Shown in pieces: positions 40,101 through 50,773 of a stretch of DNA of 64,000 nucleotides (positions within the stretch are counted from its first letter, which is position 1; every line of letters starts with the position of its first letter). The notes beneath the pieces are model-generated. The model did not search any database and had not been told where the DNA came from. It worked only from the letters and a program-made list of their open reading frames with translations. The translations under genes and the position numbers were made by a program. Source of the DNA: Dimorphilus gyrociliatus (taxonomy: Eukaryota > Animalia > Annelida); assembly GCA_904063045.1 (NCBI GenBank), contig CAJFCJ010000001.1, positions 3,286,001 through 3,350,000 of the forward strand, written 5' to 3'.

Positions 40101-43100
40101 CTGGTTGTAATTCACCTAGTAAAAAGGGATACAAATGTGGAACAACTGATTGTGGAACATCAATACCAAACTGTGCTACACCTTGGGCTATGGATGATTC
40201 CGGTTCAACTTGTAAATGCCATCTATGTACTGGTCCTTCGACGGAAACTGTAACACCTCTTGATGCTAATCAATTCTTTGGAACAGGATGTGGTGCACCG
40301 CAATCCGCTGCAATACCCAATTGTGACACTCAGGCTATAGTACCATCTCCATCAGCAACAGATTATTGTCAAATATGCAGTACAGGATATACAACAAAGG
40401 CTGGAAATGCTGCATGTGAAGACATCACTCCATTTACTAGTACATGCCAAACAGGATATATTAGTTCCTGGTGAACTTACTTGTGGGCTTCCTTCTCCAA
40501 ACCATTTTACAGATACAACAACACCCATTAATGTACCTGTTGCTGTGGATCCAGGAAGTAGATCACCCAGTGGATGTCTAGGCTATCTAGCTATTGAAGG
40601 CGTTACAGCTAGTGATGGTCGGTGTGGTGCGTGTCCTACTGGTCAAGAATTGGAAGTTGTTTCACCCTCCCAATATAAATGCACAGCTTGTACAGTTTCG
40701 GGAAGAGATAACTGTGAATTTGTTGTTGCGCATAATGGAGGTTGTAGGTGTGGAAGATGCACTGCTGATGCTTCACCAAACTTTTTTATTATGAAACCTG
40801 ATCACTCTAGTTGTCTGCAGTGCACTCTAATAACAGATTGTACGACTCATACATTACGTTTAGCAAATGGTGGATACCTTTGTGCTTGTGCTGCTTGCGG
40901 TATGGGCAGAATACTAAGCGCTGATGGATTCCATTGTGTGGATTGCAGTTCCTCAACATGTAGTGGTGGAACGATAGCAGTTAATTCAGGAACAACTTGT
41001 TCATGCGAATGTGCAGCTGGATCATTTAAAAAGGCAGATGGTACCGGTTGCGTTCCTTGTACTGCGGCAAATTTTGCCAACTGTCAAACTAATGGGTTTA
41101 AATTGAATTCTGATAATACATGTGGTTGTAGTGGTTGTGCAACAGGTTACGTAATGAAATCAGATAAAAGTGCTTGTCTCAGCTGTACAGCCACTACACC
41201 TGGAGGAATTACTCCCAATTGTAAAACATGTACAGAAAGTTTAGCAACTGCTGGAAGTATTGATAAGTGTACATTGTGTAATGATCACTTTGCACTGAAA
41301 GCCGAAACAGCACCAACTGCTCCTAGTTGTATGGCTTGTGAAACTGGTTGTAAAACATGTACAGTTGATACAACTACTACACCAGCTACAACAAGTAATA
41401 AATGCAGAGTTTGTAATCCAGGCTACGCTCTCAACAATGCTGGCAAATGTATTCAATGTCCACAAACGCCGACAATTTGTTCTGAATGTTTGATAAATCC
41501 TGCAGATGAAACACAAACACTTTGTTTACAATTTGGATGTGGATCTAACGCATTGCGAGATAACGATTTTAAATGTGAAGGCTGTTCAATTGCCAATTGT
41601 CAAAAATGTGTTAAAGATATTGGAAACACATTCAAATGTTTAAAATGTAATGATAAGCATTATATGGATTCAGTTGGATCATGTCAAACTTGTGTGGCAG
41701 ATTGTGATTTCTGCATTGATGGAACCACTTGTTTACCGAATGGATGTAAAGAAGGTTTTATCAGACATAGGACAGAGGGAATTTGCATATCCTGTACAGG
41801 AAGCGGCGTTTCAAGATGTATTTACAGCAATGCCCAATCAGATACTCTAGTACCAAAAGTATGTAAGACAGGTTATATACTGAATATAGGAGTAACACCT
41901 CACGTTTGCCAGAGTAGGTTTCAATATTTTCTCATAGTTTACTGATAAAACATTTCATAACTATTATATTTTTACTTATTCAGAATGTGATTCAAACTGT
42001 AAAAGTTGTCCTACAAATGGAAAAGATAAGTGTGATTCTGGACAATGTAACAGTGGATACATCTATGACTCTACTGATCAAAAGTGTTACCCTAACAAAT
42101 TTGGATGCCTAACTTCAACAAGAAGTAATGGTAAAACAACTTGTCAATCATGTAATACAGCAACTTCAGTACTTTCCAATGGTGAATGTAAAACATGTCC
42201 TACTGGTTGCAGTGGATGTTCATTTGATGCTGCAACAAGCAAATTTACTTGTTCATCTTGTAAAGCACAATACTACAAGACAAATGATAATTTGTGTTCG
42301 CCTTGTCCAACTGGTTGCAGTGCTTGTTCTCTCAATGGAGCATCAGTTGAATGTACAAGTTGTCTCGCCACTTATGGTTTAAAAGGAACTTCATGTGAGT
42401 TATGTGGTATTGGAGAATGTCAAACATGTTCTGCTTCATCTGGAGGAAGCTCCTTGGTCTGCATGTCCTGTTCAAGTAAATTCTATTTGAGTAATGAGGA
42501 TTGTGGTCAATGTCCGAAATTCTGTAAAGAATGTTCATACAATCAAAAATATGAATGTACAAAGTGTTATGACAGATATGCAAAGGCATCGGATGGAACT
42601 TGTGTACCGTGTCCATCAAATTGTGAAATATGTACAGCCAATGCAGATAAGACAACAAGATGTACAAAATGCATATCTAATTCATATTCGTTAAAAACTG
42701 ATGGAACTTGTTCACTATGTTCTGAAGCTGCGTTTGCAAATTGTGCAACTTGTGGACCAACTCCTTCAGGTGGAAAATCGAAATGTGATATGTGTAGTGG
42801 AGGATTTACTCTGCAAGATGATAAACTAGCGTGCGTTTCATGTTTAATTATTGGTTGTGATATGTGTGCACATGGTCGAGTATGTTCGAAATGTAAATCA
42901 GGATTCTATTTACATAATTATGACAGAGAATGTGCAAGTTTGTTTTCTCTCTCTATTCTGAAATTTTTGAGGATTTCTTGATATACAGTATATTACTAAT
43001 GTAATGATATTTTGTTTCAGGAAAATGTTTTGAGTGTAAAGGAAATCAAGCAGACTGCGGAAATGATATATCCAGTACCAAGAATTCAACTAACAAAGTG

Positions 43101-43385
43101 AAGGTAATCGATTGTGGAATTGGTGATTGTTGGGCCTATAGAACAGAAGTTTCAGGAACAATAACATTTGCAAGAGGATGCTCAAATGAAACTTGCACTT
43201 CGTCAAATGAGAATGAAAATTGTAAAACAGTACAGGGGAAGAAAGAATGCGTACAATGCTGTAGAGGAGAAAGATGTAACACTTGGGCATTGGATGGTAA
43301 AGCAGGAGTTGCTGGTCTTGTGTCTTCAACTCTATTGATTGTATTGTGCATTGTTGAATCTTTTGCTCAGATGAGCCTTGTATAA
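37196..43385 (+). CDS. Copy B: same 11-exon surface protein, with one frameshift at ~40455-40460 in exon 9
   Basis: Signal peptide MRTIVILFLAIILQG. The exons I translated are open with phase-1 introns. Exon 9 is split between ORFs 39917-40474 and 40407-41945. The last exon has CCRGERCN and a hydrophobic tail. Confidence 0.85.
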
Positions 43386-44934
43386 AGTTGTAAAGGAATT
43401 TATATTGTGTTAAAACTTGTGTCTTTTTTTCATATCTATGCCGCGTATACTTTGAATTACTGATTAAAAATATATTTAATATTAATAATAACATCATCTA
43501 CAAACTTCACGCCTAGACGTTGATGTAGAATGTGCCACAAAAGACTGTTTGATATTTTAGGAGCCTTAGCTGATTTTGAAAAGAAAGACGTAAAATGCGC
43601 CATTCTTATATCATGTAATAGTCATGATAACAATCCAAGTTTTAATCAAAAAATTAGTATCTTTTGAAAAAGCAATTTCTGTTTTACTACTCCCAATGAA
43701 ATTGAGAACCAATAGAAAACATATTGGAATTTAATATATTATTCAATAATAGATTATTAAATTCCCAAAAATACTTCTTCCTTTACCTACTTACAATCTC
43801 ATTCTAACCAATTTTCTCTGTAAAAATGAATGTTTCTGTCAAGAAGAACATTAGCTACTGCTATTGCTATCCTTTGAAAATAGAGTTTTTGTTGAATTAC
43901 TCCAGATGAAATTCGGAAGCCATAAAAAAACAAATTTGAATGTTTTAAATAGTTTCATATTAGATTATTCAGTTTCTAAAAATATCCTCATTTACATACC
44001 AATAATCATATCCCAATCACCCTGATCTCCATAAAAATAGAGGTACTCTCCTCAAACAAGATTAATAATCTGTTAAATTAAAGATTAAAGTACTATTATG
44101 ATCTGACAGGGTAAATAATATGTTCTTTTATTTAAAATCCTAAATGCAAACAATATTTGGATCGAAAAGCCTTTATTTCATGAAACACAAAAGATTCTAT
44201 TCAAGACATTCCTTAACAAATTAATAAAATTATTATTGTAACAAAACCTAATAAAGTGAACCATCTTTTCAAAAAGTCATTTTGAAACATAGTTTCAGTT
44301 CACTTCTCCTCGGAAAAAAAGACAGTCTTTCCCTTTTAATAGCAATTCTCATTTAAATATATTTAGATATTGAAAGACCAACTGCTTTTAGGACACTTTT
44401 ATCAAATCAGAGATATTCATACAAATTTTTTTTCTGTACTTCTTCATTCACAATTCCAATCCACTCTATTCACTTCAAAGTTTGAACAAAAGATCATATC
44501 AAGCAGAGAATAAAAATATAACACGAGTCTCACTATCTGCAATATCTCATAATCACAATTAGCAAAATTATTCCAACTTCTGGAAAAAGGTGACACAATA
44601 AGTAAATTAAGGAGTGGAACAAAGCTATTTTATACTATAGTATTCCAGATATTGAATTGGAGACTACACCACTACAAAGTTATTTCACATTCACAAAGAA
44701 AGATTTCTTAGTAATTATTACAAGTCCTAAACCTTTTGTGTAAAGCAATGTCTTAAAGGAGTGAGATTTTATGAACTTTAGCTTATCAACGATGCCTTTT
44801 TAGACAAATCCTGACTTTTCTCAACAATACTTTGATTGAATGTTTAACAACAGTGTTTTGCGTATGTGATGCGCAATAAAATCTTATATAGTAAAACTGA
44901 AATAAAAAGAAAACAACATATTATTTCTCACCAG

Positions 44935-47330
44935 ACACTAAAACATTTACTAGACAACAGAAACTTTTTTCGCACCTGTATTAGATACGCGAAATAGTTA
45001 GTAACTAGTTGTCATTTTCCGAACTCAAATTTTTTCTGTACCCTCTTTATTTGCTATTTTAGCAACGTTATACACAAAAAAAGATTTCCCTAATCCTCTT
45101 CTGAATATTTTGGAAGTGTTATTTAAAACTTCCGCAATCTTGAGTTATCCGATTGCTTTTCTCTACCTTTGTCATTTGACATACACAATTACTATCCATA
45201 TAATATCCAGTATTACATTTCAAATATTTCAGAGTATCACCAATTTGTTCAACACAAATGTCACAATCAGTAAGAGAAGCACTTAAATCACAATTAAAAT
45301 CGCTATCTCTTAGAGCACCAGTTACACATCCAAATGGAGACATACTGCTCTTGTCTGATTATCAAGGTCAATGTTGCAAACGTAGCAGATGTGTGGTGAC
45401 TGTGGACATTGAACACAGAGTCCTATATTATTGAGTGCATAACCATATGAAGAAACTATACATTTATTATCAGTTGTAGCTGAATCTCCTTATGCGTCAA
45501 TTGTGCAGGTTGTACATCCTGTACCACATGTTGTGCATTACGGATTAGTTCTTGGGGTTGAAGATGTATGCAATTCATATCCACTGTCACAGTCAGAGAA
45601 AGCTGATATTTGACCAACTGGAAAAGATCTATCTTTCTCTTCATTTACAAAATGTTAAATTCAATTTAATATTGATTTGTTCAGAATGACAGTTGAAATG
45701 TCAGTTTTTATTCATTTAGTATTAGTTACAAATGAATTAAATGATTGGGTTAGCTGGATTGAAATTGTTTAATGGAGAGATCCACTGACTTGAGAGGCTG
45801 GAATGTTTACAGAGAGTCCTATAATAGGATTTAGCTTAAAAGATATCTGATGAAACATGGTTGAATATATGAAACTTGAAACTGAACAATGTGTTGTTAA
45901 TATGAAGAATATGAATACAGTTGTAGATTATTGCTTGTCTGTGCCTATCGGGTCGAATTTGTGTTTGAATGGAACACATTTCTGGGAAACTTATTATGAA
46001 CATTATCTAAATATATTTTCAGATAAAAGAAGCAGAGGCGTTGGGATTAGCGAGTGTGGGCAATTCGAATTGTTCATAAATTCTGTTAAGTTAATGCGCC
46101 CACACAAAAATGCAGAAAAGGAGATTAGCAGTCTGTAATGGTATATGTCAATAAGACAGTTTTCTTGAGCTAATAGTAACTGTGAATGCTCCATAGATCA
46201 AAAGCAAAGAAACATTTTGAAAAAATGTTCATTTAAAATGGTATCATTCAATTGGCAATAATTTTCATTCAATATTTGTAAATTACTGTTTCTTTAGCAA
46301 AAATTAAAAATGTTTAATCTCTGCGAATTCCAAAAAATGAACATAAAGAGAAAATTTTCCCTACAAAGACAAACCTACAAAATGATTACAAAACAAATGA
46401 AGACAAATAAATATAGTATAGAGAATAATTTAATCAGAAATGATAACATTTCTATATACAGTTTTTTTTAAAAAAACTTGATAATAAACGTCATAACTTT
46501 AACATTAATGAATACTACTTTTTTGCATAGTTTAAAGATATTAATACTATACAACAGTATATTGTATATATTGTAGAAGAAAATATTAACATTTCTTGCA
46601 TTACTTAACTTGAAATATTACTCCAAATATATTTAATTCCATTTAGAAATCCAAACAATAAAATATACTTTTTGGGTTTTGGAGGGGAGCGTTTGAAATC
46701 AAAGTGTAAAATATGTCTTTCATCACACTTATCATTTCACAATTGCAGTTTAATCACTGATGCTCTCTGTTTGTATAATAAAATAAAACAAAAAACACTG
46801 GACAATACCACGCTCATCACAAAAGACTATTACAATAAAACAGACTTTCTAACATTATAAATAATAAGTAAAAATATGAATATAAATATTTCAAAATTAT
46901 TTAGTTCATTCTTCAAAATCAGATCAGAAGAAAAATTTTAATTAAACTTTCTTATAAGGAAATGATAACATTTAAATATTTCACAAATATCAAAAATTCT
47001 TTTGCAAAAGTTATATTAATTTCTATTATGGCAACAAATAAATTATTTTCTCTATTCATATGCAAATTTCTCCAATAATAACCTCTTTACAACTCCAAAA
47101 CAAGAACATAGAAACCAAAGAGTATAAATACAGTATAATTCTCATTTCTTCAAACTACACATAATCAGTGCCAGCCAGAAAATATTTCTTTCAAAAAACA
47201 AGTACAGTAAAACATTTTAATGACAAAATAACAAAACTAAAATATTTTCGATTCCAACATAAAGGGCTGATTAAAGAATAATTCATGAAGAACTTTGTCT
47301 TTGTAGCACTCTGTGCTGTGGTCATTCAAT
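44935..47330 (+). repeat. Upstream segment duplicated with ~55925-57622 (shared 5' flank of copies C and D)
   Basis: Colinear matches such as aaacatttactaga...gtaactagttgtc...ttagcaacgtt, aatgcgccca and cataatcagtgccagccagaaaatatttcttt, running into the signal-peptide exon. Confidence 0.8.
45177..45629 (-). pseudogene. Inverted fragment of copy-D-type exon 9, inserted in the upstream region of copy C
   Basis: The reverse complement aligns with ~61495-61950 (FGC..ALRDSDF.C...CDICV.QIGDTLK.LKCN.GYYMDSN). It lies within a ~670-bp insert (45113-45782) that is absent at the homologous site of copy D (aatattttg|cactgacttg, 56074/56075). Confidence 0.88.
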
Positions 47331-47746
47331 ATAAGTTCAACAAATTTTTTCATATGAATATTCATTGTATTATTTTGTATCTTAACTCTGACATCATTTG
47401 TAACTCATTGCAAAACCAATAACAGACTCACAAGCGGCCACAGTGCCAAGCAGTGATGTGTATACTTGCGAAACTGGACAAACAGGAGCGCGAACAACAA
47501 CATGTGGAATGTGCTCTAGTGGAAGAATTCCTTCATTGAATCGACTTAAATGTTTCAGTAAGTTAACAAAATAACACAAAGACAAAAAATGATAGTTATG
47601 TATTTACAAAAACAGAATGCCCAGAATTCTGTTCAAAAGGAAAATGTACACTGAAAATTGATGTATCAGATGAAAATGACGCAACATTATGTTTGCAATG
47701 TAACAAACACTATTTTTTGGATAGTGCAAAATGTTCAGGTATTCAC

Positions 47747-47947
47747 GGATACAACGTCCCCAAATTCATGGTTTAACCCTAACCCTAACCTAGCCCTTGT
47801 CTCTCTCTAACCTTTTTGATTATCCCTAACCCTTAGATGGAACCCCCCTAACAATAAATCAAAAGCTACTTTACTCCTGCTAACCATTTTTCAATCAGAA
47901 ATGTTGTTTTCAAAAATCTCACTTGGGGACGTTTTGTGTCGGCCCTA
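47747..47947. mobile_element. 201-bp MITE (hAT-like) with 8-bp target-site duplication, containing CCCTAA repeats
   Basis: Flanked by GTATTCAC at 47739-47746 and 47948-47955. Imperfect TIRs share AACGTCCCCAA, and the right end reads TAGGG on the minus strand. It is absent from the homologous intron of copy D. Confidence 0.75.
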
Positions 47948-49004
47948 GTATTCACACACTATACTTTCTATCATTTATTCCTTTATATTTGATCTTATTG
48001 AAGAATTCTCAACTGGATGCAGAAACTGTACAAGTGCAACATCATGTCTTGACTGTTACTCCAACTATGCAATGAATGATGCCACTAGACAGTGCACCAT
48101 CTAACTGTGTTAAATGCACTTGGAATTCCGCCACTTCGAATGCTGATTGTGACACTTGTGCTGATAGATATGTCAAAAAAGACACCGGCTGCACATGAAA
48201 ATATTTTCAAAGTATATCATAAACCAAACAGTTATAGCTAAAATTTCTATCAGCTTGTCTATCCTACTGTAAATCTTGTACTTATAACAAAGACACTGGT
48301 GTCAGTTGCAGTTCTTGTGATACAAATGTATACAAGGAAACAACCAAAAATATCAACACTTCTAAATTTTGCTCCACTGCAATTTCCGGTTGCAACAAGT
48401 GTTCTGATAAAGATACATGTACTGAATGCTTGTCTAAAGCCTTCACTGTAACAACACCAAACAAGTGTGAAACATGTAGTTCCATTCATTCTGCATGCAC
48501 TGAATGTGATGCAGGCTGTGGCACCAATGAAAGTAAAACATGTAAGAGTGACTATTATCTAAAAGATGATTCCTGTTCTGTCTGTCCAAGAAACTGTGAC
48601 ACCTGTGAAGAAACAAATAGCATTGTTAAATGAACGAAATGTAAAGTTGACTACACAGTAGTTGATCTGAAGAGTTGTGATAGATGTCCAGATAATTGTC
48701 TTGAATGCGAAGTTTCTGGTAGTAAACTAGTGTGTAAATCTGGCAGATGTGCATCAAAATATGCTCTAACTTGGATAACTTGTGCTCAAAGTGTCCTGAT
48801 AATTGTAATGCATGTTCTTGGAATTCATCAAATACTAGAACAGAATGTCGTGGAACAGATGCCGGTCATTCATTTGTTGAAAATGAAGCTGGTAAGTCAT
48901 GGGGAAGAAAAAGATGGAAAATGTATAGGTTAGTCAAATTACATTCTCAAAAAAAGTACAATTGATTGATATACTCTATGAAATGTAATGAAAAACATTG
49001 TATA

Positions 49005-50450
49005 AAGTGGACAAGATGTATATATGGACACCATAAATTTTGATAGGCCAATTTTTAATTAACGGTTAAAATTATTTGTCCTCTGCAAATTACTATTTTT
49101 TGTCTAAATTTATATAGAAAAAGTGTTAAATTTACTTAATATTGAAAAAAATTTAAGAAAATGATAATATTTTGTGAACATTATTATTAGCAAAAATTTT
49201 TAATAATTTTCATAAGTTTTTTCTTTATTTGGCCGCGCGACATGTTTATTGGAACATTGAGTTGACATCCGGTTTGACATTCAAATAGACGTCTCAAACA
49301 AAAAATTTTTCAACTTTTTTCCTGTTTTAAGTTAAGTTAATTAGTTATTGAATATTCAAAATTACTGTACATAATTTATATTATATTTTTTTAATTATGG
49401 TTTGGAGTCAAGATATAAGAGATTTGGTAATCAAGAAATATAGTGAAATAGGGAAATTAAGGGCAACAGCAATAGTTTTAGGGAATGGCACCATCATCAG
49501 TTAGCAACATCTTGAAGTACAAGCAGCCAGAACAAGACAATAGGGGAGGTCCGAAGAAGCTTGCCGACAGAGAGATAGTGAGGATGAAAAGAATTGTAAA
49601 GAAACTGAAAGATAACAAGCAAAGAGTGACAGCAGCAAAGATATTAAAGGAATTAGAAGTAGATATAAGCATAAGAACAATACAGAGGGAGCTGAAAAGA
49701 CAAAATTTTAAGTATAAAAGATTCAGGCAAAGAACTGATCTCACCTCTAAAGACTGTAAATGCAGAAAAGCATACTGCCTCAAAGTTATTAGCGAAAATC
49801 TAGACTGGTCTAGGGTTATTTTTACTGATGAGGCTAGGTTTTCGCTAAGTGGACCTGACGATTTTAGGACTTGGACCAGTAACAGCGAAAAGGACTTCAG
49901 GGTCACGAAAAATATGGGGAGAGGTGGAGTATTGGTGTGGGGGTTGATAACCTCTGACAGCATATTTGAAGTCTGGAGGATAAGGAGCAAGCTGAATGCT
50001 GAAAACTATAGCTCCTTCATTGTGGAAGATGTTCTGCTTGTCATAGAAGAAATTGAGGCAAAAATGGGCAGGCAGTACATCTTCCAGCAAGACAATGCTG
50101 GCTGTCACACTGCAAGAAAAACGAAAAGGGCCTTTAAAACCAATAACATCAAACCCATAGATTGGCCAGCAAGGAGCCCTGATCTCAGCCCAATAGAGAA
50201 CATGTGGCATCTGACCAAGACAATGGTCTATGATGGTCCACAGTTCGAGACAGAGGATGAACTGTGGGAAAAGATTAAGAAATGCTCCTACGAGGTTATC
50301 AACAGAAATCCACTCTTGTTGCCAAGTTTATATGAGGGAATGGGCCGTAGAATAAGCAAATGTATAGAAAGAGAGGGTGGGCACATACAAAAATAGACCA
50401 AAAATTTAACAATTGAACATTGTTCCAATAAACATGTCGCGGCCAAATAA
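49005..50450 (+). mobile_element. Tc1/mariner element with DD34E transposase (ATG 49397, +1 frameshift at ~49484, stop 50396)
   Basis: HTH N-terminus MVWSQDIRDLVIKKY...LG/MAPSSVSNIL. Catalytic motifs IFTDEARF, FQQDNAGCH and WPARSPDLSPIE, with 34 residues between D2 and E. Inverted repeat 49225-49256 / 50421-50450. Homology to copy D intron 5 breaks at a TA near 49004. Confidence 0.93.
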
Positions 50451-50578
50451 GCAAGTTATAAATTCAATTAACTTGCCTAAGGTGTGGCCAAGCTATAATT
50501 CAATTAACCTTCACAAATGTTGAATCTTGTAACATCTTGTCAATAAAGATAAATATTTCAGCAACTATAAAGTGATGA

Positions 50579-50773
50579 TTGGATATCAGAGGCAAACCTC
50601 AAAGTATAAAAATCCTCATTATTTTCATTCTAAGTGTACCTATCCGGACCCAAGGATCTGGGAAGGTAACCTGGAAACAACCTCAACTGGAGCCATCTAT
50701 CTACTTCTCAACATTGGAAAGCAGTTTGATAATTTGGCAACGTGCTATTACGAACTATCTTCTCTGCTATTGA
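50579..50773 (+). mobile_element. Possible decayed RTE-type LINE fragment
   Basis: SIKILIIFILSVPI..GS...TW.Q.QLE...IIWQRAITNYLL resembles KI+...LSVLLYGSETW...LE...I.WQD+ITN of RTE RT tails. Confidence 0.45.

Noticed and set aside
48631-48633. In-frame TGA at a Cys position as possible selenocysteine
   Set aside because: Copy C has lost splice donors, and has frameshifts and insertions. A TGC>TGA nonsense change is the simpler explanation.
49478-50210. Minus-strand ORFs of 170 and 121 aa
   Set aside because: Antisense shadows of the transposase ORF.
50451-50510. 8-bp-stem hairpin GCAAGTTA...TAACTTGC with an adjacent 12-bp direct repeat next to the Tc1 end
   Set aside because: Could be a Helitron-like end or a repair scar, but is too short to assign.
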